DNA of 64,000 nt from Candidatus Poribacteria bacterium. GTDB lineage: Bacteria; Poribacteria; WGA-4E; PCPOR2b. This document shows positions 1 to 10,555 of the stretch, piece after piece (position 1 is the stretch's first letter; each line of letters begins with the position of its first letter). Below the pieces are notes generated by a model. It had not been told where the DNA came from, ran no database searches, and saw nothing but the letters and a program-made list of their open reading frames with translations. The translations under genes were made by a program, and so were the position numbers. The stretch lies in the NCBI GenBank assembly GCA_965208325.1, contig OZ242326.1:3392001-3456000 (forward strand), given 5' to 3'.

Positions 1-289
1 CGTTCCGCACCACGACGGCTGGGGACGCGGCATTATCGCGCATACGTCCCCGATTTACATCGCCGTTGGCGGTGAATGGTGGATGTTCGATTCCGATGCG
101 GCGAACTATATGTTAACGCTAATCGAAGGCGGATTGTCTTATATCCGTAGAACGGCGCACCACCATCGACCGGGCAGCGTTACCCACCATCACGGGGAGG
201 AGGACCATCTCGCTTTCCTCGAACGTCCGTTTCAAGAAGCAAAAGAGGCGATTCACCGGCGGATGCACCGGATGGGGATCCCGCACTAA
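1..289 (+). CDS. 3' part of a probable CehA/McbA-like metallohydrolase (truncated by window edge)
   Basis: Frame 2 is open from base 2 (VPHHDGWGRGIIAHTSPIYIAVGG...) to TAA 289; the AHTSPIY motif is typical of the C-terminal part of this family. Confidence 0.5.
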   Translation, partial: VPHHDGWGRGIIAHTSPIYIAVGGEWWMFDSDAANYMLTLIEGGLSYIRRTAHHHRPGSVTHHHGEEDHLAFLERPFQEAKEAIHRRMHRMGIPH

Positions 290-435
290 GCATTAGGGAT
301 AAGCCCCCATGCCTCCGTTTGAATGTGCGTCTTACTCACCCAGCAGACAGCGATTTCCAGTGAACGAGGCACATCACAGCGCCGTTAAGGTTTAACGGTT
401 GAGCGCACACCGTTAAATCTACCACCCCATTTTCC

Positions 436-464
436 TTGACTTTAGCCACAAAATTACATATAAT
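436..464 (+). promoter_or_regulatory. sigma70-type promoter of the tro operon
   Basis: TTGACT(436-441)-17 bp-TATAAT(459-464). Confidence 0.75.
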
Positions 465-502
465 TTAGTCATGCCTAAATTTTATTCGTGGGCATGCCTA
501 AT
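462..502. promoter_or_regulatory. tandem DtxR/MntR/TroR-like operators
   Basis: Palindrome AATTTAG-TCATGC-CTAAATT (462-481) overlaps the -10; second related site TGGGCATGCCTAAT (489-502); both resemble the TTAGG-N-CCTAA DtxR-family box and lie upstream of a metal ABC operon. Confidence 0.7.
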
Positions 503-604
503 AGTTTTTTTAGACTGCGCAGTGAATTGACATAGCGTCCAAATCATGACTATCAATTCGCACGGAGCGCGGTTTGAATCTTGACAGAAAGTGAAGTTGG
601 TACA

Positions 605-1534
605 ATGCGTATCTTTGCATCTCTGCTGATAGTCGCCTCCATCGTGTTTTTACCGGCTTGCGGGCAACAGGATAAAGGGAAAAGTGCGGACCGGGTAGAT
701 ATTGTCGCAACAATCGGCATGATTGCCGACATCGCGCACATTTTGGGCGGCGATCATGCCAAAGTGACTGCACTCATGGGACCCGGTATTGATCCGCACC
801 TGTACAAAGCGAGCGCGGGCGATGTCGCCCGCCTGTCAAACGCGGACATTATTTTCTACAACGGCTTACATCTTGAAGCCAAACTGTCGGAGGTGTTAGC
901 GCAAATGCCGGGCCGTGCCAAAACCGTCGCCGTCACAGACGGAATCGACCGGTCGGCGCTGCTCACGCCTCCGGAGTTTAAGGGCGCCTACGACCCACAC
1001 GTCTGGTTTGATGTTACGCTCTGGAAAAAGGCGGTTGAGGCGGTGCGTGACACGCTTGTTGAAGCGGACGCCGATCACGCTGAAGACTACCGGCGAAATT
1101 CGGACGATTATCTCGCTAAGCTGGATGAACTCCACCAATACGTACAGGCGCAAGCATCGCGTTTGACGCAAAATCAACGCGTATTGGTTACGGCTCATGA
1201 CGCATTCAACTACTTTGGCAAGGCGTACGGCTTCGAGGTGCGCGGACTTCAAGGCATCAGCACAGCCTCAGAAGCCGGCACCGCAGATATACAGGAGTTG
1301 GCTGAATTCATTGCGCAAGCCCGTATCCCGGCGATGTTTGTTGAAACGTCGGTGTCGCCGCGCAACATTGAAGCTGTACAGGCGGCAGTCAAATCGAGGG
1401 GGTTCGACGTAAAAATTGGCGGTCAACTTTTCTCCGATGCCATGGGGGAAGCAGGCACGCCAGAAGGCACGTACATCGGTATGATTCGCCACAATATTGA
1501 TACGATTGTGGAATCCCTCATGCCAGTTGAATAG
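605..1534 (+). CDS. troA: Mn/Zn/Fe ABC transporter substrate-binding lipoprotein
   Basis: Lipobox LPAC; GIDPHLY, DPHVW, HDAF and FSDAMG metal-site motifs of the TroA/PsaA family; ATG 605 preferred over TTG 581. Confidence 0.93.
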   Translation: MRIFASLLIVASIVFLPACGQQDKGKSADRVDIVATIGMIADIAHILGGDHAKVTALMGPGIDPHLYKASAGDVARLSNADIIFYNGLHLEAKLSEVLAQMPGRAKTVAVTDGIDRSALLTPPEFKGAYDPHVWFDVTLWKKAVEAVRDTLVEADADHAEDYRRNSDDYLAKLDELHQYVQAQASRLTQNQRVLVTAHDAFNYFGKAYGFEVRGLQGISTASEAGTADIQELAEFIAQARIPAMFVETSVSPRNIEAVQAAVKSRGFDVKIGGQLFSDAMGEAGTPEGTYIGMIRHNIDTIVESLMPVE

Positions 1535-1599
1535 GATATGGGTGCAACGATTCCTGACGCCTCCGTTCCGTAGCCGTGGACATCTTCATAGAGGGAAAA

Positions 1600-2421
1600 A
1601 TGGCAAATTATCCTGGTTCTCTAGCAATTGAAGTCGAAGATCTTACAGTGGCTTACCGTGATGAACCGGTGCTCTGGGATGTCGATTTGAACGTACCCAC
1701 CGGGGTTTTGATGGCGATAGTCGGACCCAACGGAGCGGGGAAAACAACGCTTATTAAGGTAATTTTGGGGTTAGTGGGGTCGGCAGCCGGGCGAGTCTCG
1801 ATTTACGGGCAGTCTTACGCCGCGCAGCGCCGGCTCGTGGGTTACGTGCCGCAGCGAGGCAGCGTGGATTGGGATTTCCCCACGAACGTGCTGGACGTGG
1901 TAATGATGGGGCGGTACGGCGCGCTGGGTTGGATTCGCCGACCGAAATCTAAAGAACGAAAACTAGCCTTGGAAGCGCTTGAAAAAGTTGGTATGGAAGC
2001 GTTTGCATCGCGACAGATTAGCCAGCTCTCCGGCGGACAACAGCAGCGTGTTTTTCTCGCACGCGCACTCATTCAAGACGCACAGATTTATCTTATGGAC
2101 GAGCCGTTTCAGGGAGTAGACGCAACGACTGAACGCGCAATAGTCTCCTTGCTGCAGGCACTGCGGGCGGCGGGGAAAACGTTGGTTGTCGTTCACCACG
2201 ACTTGCAAACCGTCGAAGACTACTTCGACTGGGTGACGCTGCTTAATGTACGGCGCATTGCCGGCGGGCCGGTCAATGAGGTATTTAATGAAAAGAATCT
2301 GCGGCTGACCTACGGCGGACGTGTGGCTTTCCTCAATCGAAATGGGAATGCGCACGACGAGACACAAACTGCGATAAAGCGGCCGAATAGCGAGGAACCT
2401 AACCGACAGGTGCGTGGCTGA
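1600..2421 (+). CDS. troB: metal ABC transporter ATPase
   Basis: [34 protein letters not shown] 1600 follows GAGGG. Confidence 0.93.
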   Translation: MANYPGSLAIEVEDLTVAYRDEPVLWDVDLNVPTGVLMAIVGPNGAGKTTLIKVILGLVGSAAGRVSIYGQSYAAQRRLVGYVPQRGSVDWDFPTNVLDVVMMGRYGALGWIRRPKSKERKLALEALEKVGMEAFASRQISQLSGGQQQRVFLARALIQDAQIYLMDEPFQGVDATTERAIVSLLQALRAAGKTLVVVHHDLQTVEDYFDWVTLLNVRRIAGGPVNEVFNEKNLRLTYGGRVAFLNRNGNAHDETQTAIKRPNSEEPNRQVRG

Positions 2422-2427
2422 CGGAGA

Positions 2428-3561
2428 TTGGAAATGCCCTTTCTGGAACTAGGCAGAGACCTGTTCTACGATTATACCCTTCGCACAGTGGCAATGGGTT
2501 CGGCGGTGCTCGGCGTGGTGAGCGGCGCACTCGGTGCTTACGCGGTGCTGCGGAAACAGAGTTTGTTGGGAGACGCGATTTCGCATGCGGCGCTGCCCGG
2601 TATAGCCCTGGCGTTCCTCCTGACGCAGAGCAAAGCCCCTCTTGTACTTGTGTTCGGCGCGGCGATAGCCGGATGGATTGGAACACTCCTTGTGATAAGC
2701 ATTGTCAACCAAACGCGAATCAAAGAGGACACCGCACTCGGTTTGGTGTTATCGGTATTCTTCGGTACGGGTTTGGTCTTGCTTACCTTCATTCAGAAGA
2801 TGCCGACCGCGAAGCAGTCCGGATTGGATACTTTCCTGTTCGGACAAGCGGCTGCGCTCATGGAGCATGATGTGATTACGATGGTTACTCTGGGAGGAAT
2901 CAGCCTTTTCGTTATGCAACTCTTTTGGAAGGAGTTTAAGCTGCTGTGCTTCGATTCCAATTTTGGCGCAAGCCTCGGCTTCCCGATGCGAATCCTTGAT
3001 GTTCTTTTGATTACGCTCCTCGTTGCAGCGATTGTAATAGGACTGCAAACGGTTGGCGTGGTATTGATGAGCGCCATGATTGTTGCGCCCGCCGCCGCCG
3101 CGCGGCAGTGGACAGATCGGCTCGGCGCCATGGTTGCACTCTCAGCCACATTTGGCGCAATTGCCGGTGTGTGCGGCGCGGTCATCAGCAGCAGTATGGC
3201 TCGTATGCCGACAGGCCCCACCATCGTGCTATGTATCAGTGCTATCGTGGTGGCGTCAATCACCATCGCACCCAATCGCGGGCTTGTGTGGAATTGGATA
3301 CGCAATCAACGTGAACGCCGAAAACTACAGATTGAAGTCGTGTTGAACAATCTCTACGCACTCGCTTCGCAGCATGCTGACCTCCGACATAGCCACTCGA
3401 TTGCTGCATTGGGTACGATGAGCGCAAACCGCAGCAACGTCCGTAACAGCCTCAAAGAGTTATCATCACGGGGATGGGTTGAGCGGGTTAGTTCCGATGA
3501 ATGGGCGTTAACACCGGAAGGGATTGTTCAAGCGCAACAGATTGCCGATCGGGGGAGGTGA
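2428..3561 (+). CDS. troC: metal ABC permease with C-terminal winged-helix extension
   Basis: GDAISHAALPG ABC-3 motif, multiple TMs; C-terminus ...LKELSSRGWV...WALTPEG is wHTH-like. Confidence 0.88.
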   Translation: MEMPFLELGRDLFYDYTLRTVAMGSAVLGVVSGALGAYAVLRKQSLLGDAISHAALPGIALAFLLTQSKAPLVLVFGAAIAGWIGTLLVISIVNQTRIKEDTALGLVLSVFFGTGLVLLTFIQKMPTAKQSGLDTFLFGQAAALMEHDVITMVTLGGISLFVMQLFWKEFKLLCFDSNFGASLGFPMRILDVLLITLLVAAIVIGLQTVGVVLMSAMIVAPAAAARQWTDRLGAMVALSATFGAIAGVCGAVISSSMARMPTGPTIVLCISAIVVASITIAPNRGLVWNWIRNQRERRKLQIEVVLNNLYALASQHADLRHSHSIAALGTMSANRSNVRNSLKELSSRGWVERVSSDEWALTPEGIVQAQQIADRGR

Positions 3562-3571
3562 TCTTGTTCAT

Positions 3572-4681
3572 ATGTCCCTCGAAGGGTTACAGATTCAACT
3601 GATTGCGGCTGTCGTTGCGGCGGCATGCGCCTTGCCGGGTGTGTTTCTCGTATTGCGCCGTATGGCGATGATGAGCGATGCAATTAGCCACGCTATTCTT
3701 CCCGGGATTGTTCTTGCTTTCTTCATTACTAAAAATCTTTCATCACCAATCTTAATTATTGCGGCGGCGGCTACCGGCGTGCTAACCGTAAGTTTGGTTG
3801 AGCTGCTTAACCGCACGAGACTTGTCAATGTAGATGCCGCTATCGGCATCACATTTCCCGCCCTGTTCAGTATTGGCGTGATTCTCATCGCCCGCTACGC
3901 GGAAAATGTGCATCTTGACACCGACGCCGTGCTATTGGGTGAACTGGCTTTCGCGGCGTTTCACCGGGTAGCGCTCTTTGGGCTGGACATCGGACCTCGT
4001 GCGTTTTGGGCAATGGCGGCAATTCTCATCATCAACATCGCCTTCATCAAGTTTTTCTATAAAGAACTGAAGTTGGCGACCTTCGATGCGGGCCTAGCTG
4101 CAACGCTCGGTTTCTCTCCCGGACTGATTCACTACGGTTTAATGACACTGGTTTCAATTACAATCGTCGGCGCGTTCGACGCTGTCGGGTCAATTTTGGT
4201 GGTTGCGTTGATGATTGCGCCGCCCGCAACGGCTTATCTGCTCACTGACCGGTTATCTCGCATGATATGGCTTAGCGGTGCATTTGGTATTGCCAGTGGG
4301 ATATCCGGATACTGGCTTGCACACTATCTGGATGCCTCCATCGCGGGTTCTATGGCGATGGTGACGGGCGTCTTCTTTAGTTTGGCGTTTCTGTTTGCGC
4401 CCCGCCGCGGCATCGTTGCCATCGCACACCGCCGGGTAAGCCAACGGTGGGAATTTGCGCAGACAATGCTCGCGATACACCTTTTTAGCCACGAAGGACT
4501 GCCCGAAGCAGAACGGGAATCGCACGTTAATCACCTCAGCAGCCATCTCCACTGGGAACCGGATTTTGCCCGTCAGGTGGTCAGGAACGCCGAACGCCGC
4601 GGCTTTATTCGCAATCACGGCGGCCGATTGGATTTAACCGACGAGGGACGCGAGATGGCGCAGTTAGCACTCGTGGAATAG
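3572..4681 (+). CDS. troD: metal ABC permease with C-terminal winged-helix extension
   Basis: SDAISHAILPG motif; C-terminus ...AERRGFI...LDLTDEG is wHTH-like; start placed after GGAGGTG (approximate). Confidence 0.88.
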   Translation: MSLEGLQIQLIAAVVAAACALPGVFLVLRRMAMMSDAISHAILPGIVLAFFITKNLSSPILIIAAAATGVLTVSLVELLNRTRLVNVDAAIGITFPALFSIGVILIARYAENVHLDTDAVLLGELAFAAFHRVALFGLDIGPRAFWAMAAILIINIAFIKFFYKELKLATFDAGLAATLGFSPGLIHYGLMTLVSITIVGAFDAVGSILVVALMIAPPATAYLLTDRLSRMIWLSGAFGIASGISGYWLAHYLDASIAGSMAMVTGVFFSLAFLFAPRRGIVAIAHRRVSQRWEFAQTMLAIHLFSHEGLPEAERESHVNHLSSHLHWEPDFARQVVRNAERRGFIRNHGGRLDLTDEGREMAQLALVE

Positions 4682-4704
4682 ACCGTATCATCCGGATTTT
4701 TTGC

Positions 4705-4733
4705 TTGATCTTAGTATTCTCATCACCTATAAT
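4705..4733 (+). promoter_or_regulatory. sigma70-type promoter
   Basis: TTGATC-17 bp-TATAAT upstream of the 4860 CDS. Confidence 0.55.
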
Positions 4734-4859
4734 CTTCACGCATTCTTCAAATTTATAAACCTGCTTCATACGCGTACAAGCCCTCTGGCGGCAAGAAAGG
4801 ACGCATGAAGATTTACGGCGGGGATAACGACGAATAAAATCTGAACCCTCCATCAGGCG

Positions 4860-6098
4860 ATGCTTTTAGATTATCCCAAACTCCGTCCCATCGAAATTTT
4901 CCCGGTAGAAGCCGAAGGGCGCCAGCTATTGTGTCTTCGGGACGCTTTTCAGTACGTTTCTGAACCCATCTTTGTTCCCCGTGAAGTGCTTCCGATTCTG
5001 CAATATTTTGATGGACAACACTCCATCGTAGATATACAGGCGGAGTATGCCCGTAAGACCGGCGAAATATTGTTCAGCAATGTGATTACAAAAATTGCTG
5101 AAGAATTGGATGCTCACTTGATGATGGATAGTGAGAAATTCCGTGAATATCGACAAGAATTGGAAAGGGAGGTTCGAGAACAGAAAACCCGTCCCGCCGC
5201 CCACGCGGGCAGTGCATATCCAAGCGATGCCGATGAACTCAAAGCGCAGTTGACGGGCTACTTTCAGCCGCCGGAAGGGCCTGGACTGCCAAATGCGCCC
5301 GCCGAACCAGATAATGCATTGGTAGGTGTTATCGCGCCGCACATTGATTTGAGGCGCGGCGGGTCGTGTTTCGCACACGCTTACAAGGAGATTGCCGAGC
5401 GGTCCGCTGCGGAAATTTTCGTCATCCTCGGCGTCAAGCACACCGGCGGGAACGGAATGTACACAGCGACGTATAAGGATTTCGAGACACCGTTAGGGGC
5501 AGTAAAGACGGATACCGATTTCATTGATCTGATTCGACAACATTACGGCGGAGATTTGTTGGAGGATGAGTTTTTTCATAGGAACGAGCACTCCATTGAG
5601 TTTCAGGCAGTGTTTCTGCAATCCCTTTTTGGCGAATCCCGGCGTTTCCAAATTGTCCCGATTATATGCAACTCCTTTGATTCGCTGCTGATTAACGGGA
5701 AACCCCCGCGTGATGAACCGCTGGTACAAGGATTTATCGAAGGATTAAAGCGCGCAATCGAGGCGTGCGACGCTTCTGTCTGCATTATCGCTAGCGTCGA
5801 TTTGAGCCATATTGGCAGTAGATTTGGGGACGGCTTTCGGCTTGATACGCCCGCGCTGCAGCGCATTCGAGCGTCGGACCTGGAAATGCTTGGTGCGGTA
5901 GAGCGCAGGGATTCTGGTGCCTTCTTGGAGACGATTCAACGCACGAAAAACCGGCAGCGGGTCGATGGCGTGTGTCCGATTTACACGCTGCTTGAAACGC
6001 TGAATCCGGCGGCGGGGAAGTTGCTCCGATATGAGCAGGGACTCGAACCGGAGGCGAACTCGGTTGTGACGTTTGCAAGTATGGGGTTTTTTGCGTGA
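4860..6098 (+). CDS. amrB: MEMO1-family protein (AmmeMemoRadiSam system protein B-like) with N-terminal extension
   Basis: RPAAHAGSAYP, APHID, EHSIEFQ and SVDLSH motifs. Confidence 0.85.
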   Translation: MLLDYPKLRPIEIFPVEAEGRQLLCLRDAFQYVSEPIFVPREVLPILQYFDGQHSIVDIQAEYARKTGEILFSNVITKIAEELDAHLMMDSEKFREYRQELEREVREQKTRPAAHAGSAYPSDADELKAQLTGYFQPPEGPGLPNAPAEPDNALVGVIAPHIDLRRGGSCFAHAYKEIAERSAAEIFVILGVKHTGGNGMYTATYKDFETPLGAVKTDTDFIDLIRQHYGGDLLEDEFFHRNEHSIEFQAVFLQSLFGESRRFQIVPIICNSFDSLLINGKPPRDEPLVQGFIEGLKRAIEACDASVCIIASVDLSHIGSRFGDGFRLDTPALQRIRASDLEMLGAVERRDSGAFLETIQRTKNRQRVDGVCPIYTLLETLNPAAGKLLRYEQGLEPEANSVVTFASMGFFA

Positions 6099-6193
6099 AA
6101 CGAGATTCGCCGCGCCTCTCTCGTGAATTGCGTACCCTTAAGACGCCGGATAACATACGACAATCTTATCCGCACCATGAATTTAGGAACATA

Positions 6194-8371
6194 ATGCTTA
6201 GTCTTCAAAATAATCATAAAACCTCAATTTACATACGTTTTGCACTGATTCTCTTTCTCACAGTTTTCATCACAAATACGCTTTGCGCCCAGACAGAGCT
6301 GTTGCTCAAGATTCCAGAAACATCCGACCATGAGATTCGTCCTCTGAAAGCGCGTTTCAACATTAAACTGCGCTACCGCACACAGGATTACTCCATTGTT
6401 CAAGCTTACCGTAGTACGCTGCCCGATTTGCCGTCCGCCGAAATCTTGGATTCGATCTCGCCCGGTTTCGATTACTACATCCTCATGCCAACGTCTACGC
6501 AGGAACGCACGAAGGTTGAGCGGTATGGAGAGATTATAGATGCGGCCGGCGGATTACTGCTTTTCAAATTGCGTACCGATTTCGAACCGGTTCTATTCGA
6601 CCTGCCGGTGCATCACCGCGCTAAATTGCCCGCTGATGTCGCCGTACCGGAGGTGGAATTTGTACCGTACGCACCAAGCGGCACAACACCGCCGCAACAG
6701 CAATCCGTAATTCGTGATTTGCTGAATCGGGTTGATTCCGATCAGTGGTTCAGGCAAATTATCGCGCTTGTCGAAAACGAAGATTTGAACCGGCCGGGGA
6801 GTTTTTTCAGGAGCCGATTCGCCCTACGGGTTCGCGAAGCGGTTCAACTCGACGGCAATCCCAAGCCGGACCACGCTTGCGACAATGCCGCAGACTACAT
6901 TGCCGAACAGTTCCGAAGTTACGGCTTACAAGTCGAATTTGATCCGTTTCCTCACCGCCGCCGCACAGCGCTTGGCGATCCGGTAGGAGAATATGTCATG
7001 CGGAATGTGGTGGCAACGCTGCCGGGCAAGGGGCCGAATAGAGACCTTATCTATCTAGTCACAGCACACTACGATAGCATCGCCTCCAAAACGCCGGGCT
7101 GGGAGCAGAGCTGGCACACATTGCCTGCACCGGGCGCATCGGACAATGCTTCAGGCGTCGCCGAAATAATCGAAACTGCGCGTATCCTTAGTAACACCGA
7201 TTTCGACCATACTATCAGGTTTATCGCCTTTACGGGTGAGGAATTGTTTCTCTTTGGAAGCAGACACTATCGAAATCTCGTAAAAGAGCGCGGCGATCAG
7301 ATTGCGGGCGTTCTGAACTTCGATTTGCTCGGACACGATCCGGACGGTATTCTGGACATCCATGTCCTTGGGAACGAGCAATCGCAATGGCTGGTGCACG
7401 CCTTCGCGAAGGCGGCAGAGAAATATGACATTCCGGTCGATTTGCGCATGAAGAACGATCCGAGTTTTATCTTCAGCGATCATTCCCCGTTTTGGGACAT
7501 TGGTATCCCTGCCGTGATGGTAGCGGAAGAATCTTCGCTTGATGCACCAGAGGAATCAATAGACTATATCCACAGCCAAGAAGACAGTCTGGCTAAAATC
7601 TCTCGTCCGTTGTTCGGGGAAATTGCCGTTAAATTGGGGGTGGCGACGCTTGCGGAACTTGCCCGCCCAATCAATCGTCCGGGCGAAGCGGACGAATTGC
7701 GTCCCGATATTTTCTGGGAATCCAGCGAGATTGAGTTTTCCAACCCGACGCCTACCGAAGGGGATGAGGTTATCCTGCACGCGAACGTTAAAAACGCGGG
7801 ACCTATCGCTGTAACGGGAATCAAGATTCGGTTTGTCGCCGAATCGCCCAACGGAGACTTTGAAGTTCTTTTGGATGAAGCGGTAAATCTCGACGTGGGT
7901 GAATCGAAAATGATTAGTGCGGCCTTCACCCCATCCGCATGGGGTGAATTTACGCTCCTCGCCACAGCGAACAGCGAGGTGCATTTCCTCGAGTCGGATT
8001 TCAGCAACAACCAGATAGAAACGCCGTTGCCGGTCACCGATCCCGGCGTAACGGTCGAAAACGTCTATACATATCCGAACCCGATTGACTTCAACAGAGA
8101 CGGGGCGTCCTTAAGGTTCGTATATACGCTTAGCCGCGATGCCGACATCACTATCGGCGTGTATAACGTATCCGGCGAAAAGGTTTTCGAAGAGCTGTTT
8201 TCGGCGGGGAGCAAAAACGGGAGATTAGGCGTTAATGATTCCTTTACTTGGTCCGGCCTGAAGACGTTCGGTGAGAAAGTTGCCCCGGGCATCTACGTCG
8301 GCCGAATCTCCGCGACGGCTCTAAACGGCGCATCCTCGCAAGAAGAAACAAAGTTTGCCGTGATTTGGTAG
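6194..8371 (+). CDS. secreted M28-family zinc peptidase with CARDB-like Ig domain and FlgD/T9SS-like C-terminal domain
   Basis: Signal peptide; AHYDS, GASDNASG, GEE, NFD and SDH M28 motifs; C-terminal YPNP...IYN..G...W.G....VAPGIY; start approximate (ORF is open from 6095). Confidence 0.85.
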   Translation: MLSLQNNHKTSIYIRFALILFLTVFITNTLCAQTELLLKIPETSDHEIRPLKARFNIKLRYRTQDYSIVQAYRSTLPDLPSAEILDSISPGFDYYILMPTSTQERTKVERYGEIIDAAGGLLLFKLRTDFEPVLFDLPVHHRAKLPADVAVPEVEFVPYAPSGTTPPQQQSVIRDLLNRVDSDQWFRQIIALVENEDLNRPGSFFRSRFALRVREAVQLDGNPKPDHACDNAADYIAEQFRSYGLQVEFDPFPHRRRTALGDPVGEYVMRNVVATLPGKGPNRDLIYLVTAHYDSIASKTPGWEQSWHTLPAPGASDNASGVAEIIETARILSNTDFDHTIRFIAFTGEELFLFGSRHYRNLVKERGDQIAGVLNFDLLGHDPDGILDIHVLGNEQSQWLVHAFAKAAEKYDIPVDLRMKNDPSFIFSDHSPFWDIGIPAVMVAEESSLDAPEESIDYIHSQEDSLAKISRPLFGEIAVKLGVATLAELARPINRPGEADELRPDIFWESSEIEFSNPTPTEGDEVILHANVKNAGPIAVTGIKIRFVAESPNGDFEVLLDEAVNLDVGESKMISAAFTPSAWGEFTLLATANSEVHFLESDFSNNQIETPLPVTDPGVTVENVYTYPNPIDFNRDGASLRFVYTLSRDADITIGVYNVSGEKVFEELFSAGSKNGRLGVNDSFTWSGLKTFGEKVAPGIYVGRISATALNGASSQEETKFAVIW

Positions 8372-8433
8372 AGGAGATATGTTTCACCGCGTGGGTTGAG
8401 CTTAGAAGAAATTCACCATAGAGAGGCAATTTA

Positions 8434-8793
8434 ATGAAGACTGCGATAAAACAGTGGCTGGATACCTGCCGCGAGAAACATCAAGAGGGTGAATTGACAG
8501 ATGGCGATTTCCTGCGATTGGAATCGCTTCTTGCCGAACGGAAACAGATGGTGCTTTACCTGTATTCGAAATCGACCAACATGCGTTCGCCCATCGCTAG
8601 CTGGGCTTTGTACGATCCCACAAAACCTGATGAACCCAGCCTTCCATCACAGGAGACACCATACGCCTCAGTCATCGAAGCGGTGTGCGACGGCTGGCGG
8701 ATCGTTCAATTTCCTATCTCGAAACTCTACCGGTTTTCGGATATCGATAACGCATACCTGGGTTATGAATTTATCTTGGAAAAATGGACGTGA
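8434..8793 (+). CDS. hypothetical protein upstream of PhyH
   Basis: 119-aa ORF with RBS GAGG; ends in YEFILEK. Confidence 0.65.
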   Translation: MKTAIKQWLDTCREKHQEGELTDGDFLRLESLLAERKQMVLYLYSKSTNMRSPIASWALYDPTKPDEPSLPSQETPYASVIEAVCDGWRIVQFPISKLYRFSDIDNAYLGYEFILEKWT

Positions 8794-8847
8794 GATGATT
8801 TTGGGCAGGACAGAACAGCGTTCCTATACCTCAACGGAAAGGAGTAG

Positions 8848-9642
8848 ATGATTATGGACGTTCAACCCACCATGGATGACAAGCGAGTGATGGAATTCGT
8901 TTCAAACGGTTATGTCGTTCTTGAGGGTATTGTTTCGGACGCATTTAACCGCTATTGTGAAACGCTGCCGGGCGGGCAGATCGACGAATTCTTCAATACA
9001 CCCGAGTTTTTCAAGGAAGTTATAATGACGCCGGAATCTGCCGGGGTTGCCCGTTCACTTTTGGGCAAAAATTTCCTCGTGCCCGTCACGGCTCATCATC
9101 ACCTGTTTGAAACACCGCATTCCGGCCAGTTTTGGCATTCCGACGGGATTTCAGAATATGGTTACGGCGTTCACCATCTCCAATGTTATTACTATCCCAA
9201 AGCGGTTAGTCTTGAGGACGGCCCCACAATGGTGCTTCCGGGCTCCCACTATCGATTAGTCGAACGAGAAGCCCTAGCGCATTACGGCAACATCATTGGG
9301 CAGCTCTCCTTGACCGTTCCCGCGGGTACAGTGGTTATGACCCACTACGGCATCTGGCACAAGGCGGGGCCGAAGTTGAACTCAACGCGGCGCGGGATGA
9401 TTAAATATTCCTATTTTCGCACCTCCCCGCCGACACGAGACTGGGTGACGGATTCGGATACAGTTCCGCCTTATGGCAACCAAGGCCGCCATGCCTACGC
9501 ATCCGAAGTGGAATGCTACCGAGACCTGATTCGATGCGAACGCACATGGGCGTGGCTGTGCGGTGTGGAACCGAATGATGATGTCTGCCGGGGCGCGAAA
9601 CTATTCATGGATGCCCGCCCGCTCGCAGACATCAGCTATTGA
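8848..9642 (+). CDS. phytanoyl-CoA dioxygenase (PhyH)-family Fe(II)/2OG dioxygenase
   Basis: NGYVVLEG, WHSD (HxD), GPTMVLPGSH, WH motifs; RBS AAGGAG. Confidence 0.85.
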   Translation: MIMDVQPTMDDKRVMEFVSNGYVVLEGIVSDAFNRYCETLPGGQIDEFFNTPEFFKEVIMTPESAGVARSLLGKNFLVPVTAHHHLFETPHSGQFWHSDGISEYGYGVHHLQCYYYPKAVSLEDGPTMVLPGSHYRLVEREALAHYGNIIGQLSLTVPAGTVVMTHYGIWHKAGPKLNSTRRGMIKYSYFRTSPPTRDWVTDSDTVPPYGNQGRHAYASEVECYRDLIRCERTWAWLCGVEPNDDVCRGAKLFMDARPLADISY

Positions 9643-9725
9643 GGCGGCATATCCGCCGACAATAAACCTTCTAATTCCCGAATTACTAAGGAGTGTTGAT
9701 ATTCATTAAAAGCTATCGGCAATCG

Positions 9726-9761
9726 TAGGGGATCAACCGAGTGAATAGCGAGGGCGATAGT
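9726..9761 (+). repeat. dispersed ~34-bp repeat, copy 1
   Basis: AGGGGATCAACCGAGTGAATAGCGAGGGCGATAGT; related copies at 11666-11699(+), 22965-22998(-), 38615-38649(+), 39477-39510(+), 39528-39561(-), partial 47944-47963. Confidence 0.8.
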
Positions 9762-9793
9762 AGACAGCTTTCCAGAATAATTCCACCGCCCGA

Positions 9794-9870
9794 TAGCCCC
9801 AGAGGGGCGACAGGTATATAGAAATCACTGTTACACATTAACATCTAGCCCCAGAGGGGCGGCAGGTGTA
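9794..9870 (+). repeat. two direct copies of REP-like TAGCCCCAGAGGGGCGRCAGGTRTA
   Basis: Copies at 9794-9818 and 9846-9870; a third copy is inverted at ~23042-23063. Confidence 0.75.
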
Positions 9871-9902
9871 AAACGACTACCCTCACATTGGGCTAATACG
9901 CT

Positions 9903-10194
9903 GTAGGGGCAACCCTTGTGGTTGCCATTAACGCTTCGGTTTTGTCAACCACATTGAGTTAATTAGGAAAGATGTCTAGTGTTTATCAGGTCACCTCGCC
10001 CATTGACCAATGCGGGCGGGGAACTCCTAACCATACAAGTAGGGTAAATTCTTAGGTAGAGATTTATGCCGTGGCAATAAAACCAGCGTATTGCGCTACA
10101 TTCTGAATTATTGTCGAATTTTGGACAATTGACCTACGGCAGTCCGTGTTCGTATCTGATGTGTGAACACAGGGTTGGGAGACCCAACCCCTAC
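9903..10194. repeat. GTAG-type REP palindromes
   Basis: GTAGGGGCAACCCTTGTGGTTGCC (9903-9926,+) and GTAGGGGTTGGGTCTCCCAACCCT (10171-10194,-). Confidence 0.65.
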
Positions 10195-10394
10195 GCAGGG
10201 GCAGGTCTTGCGCATGCCCAAGAACTCTCGGAACCGGTATGGGTACTATATGAAGGGTTAAAGCTTCGGCTGACTTCGATTCTAAACGCCCACGCGCTTC
10301 CATGAATTTGCCTTTCAATTTTGAGTTCTTCCGACCGGTTGACAATCGACAACTTAGGGAGAATCAATGCAATATCGAAGTGATGTTTTTTTGT

Positions 10395-10423
10395 TTGGAT
10401 CACAACAGCATTCAAGGTATAAT
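10395..10423 (+). promoter_or_regulatory. possible sigma70 promoter of the YceI gene
   Basis: TTGGAT-17 bp-TATAAT. Confidence 0.45.
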
Positions 10424-10555
10424 CATAAGAGTCAAGTTGCCGAAGCGGATAATCGAGTGGAAGAGACACGTTGCTGCTGCGAAGTTCTCAACATATTGAA
10501 ATAGACACCTGTTTCCCAATACCAAAACAAACATATCGTCGAAAGGAAGAACATC

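Noticed and set aside
581..606. TTGACA...TACAAT promoter and TTG start for troA
   Set aside because: The spacer is only 14 bp; ATG 605 gives a clean lipoprotein signal
10430..10555. Riboswitch in the YceI leader
   Set aside because: No recognisable conserved riboswitch motif
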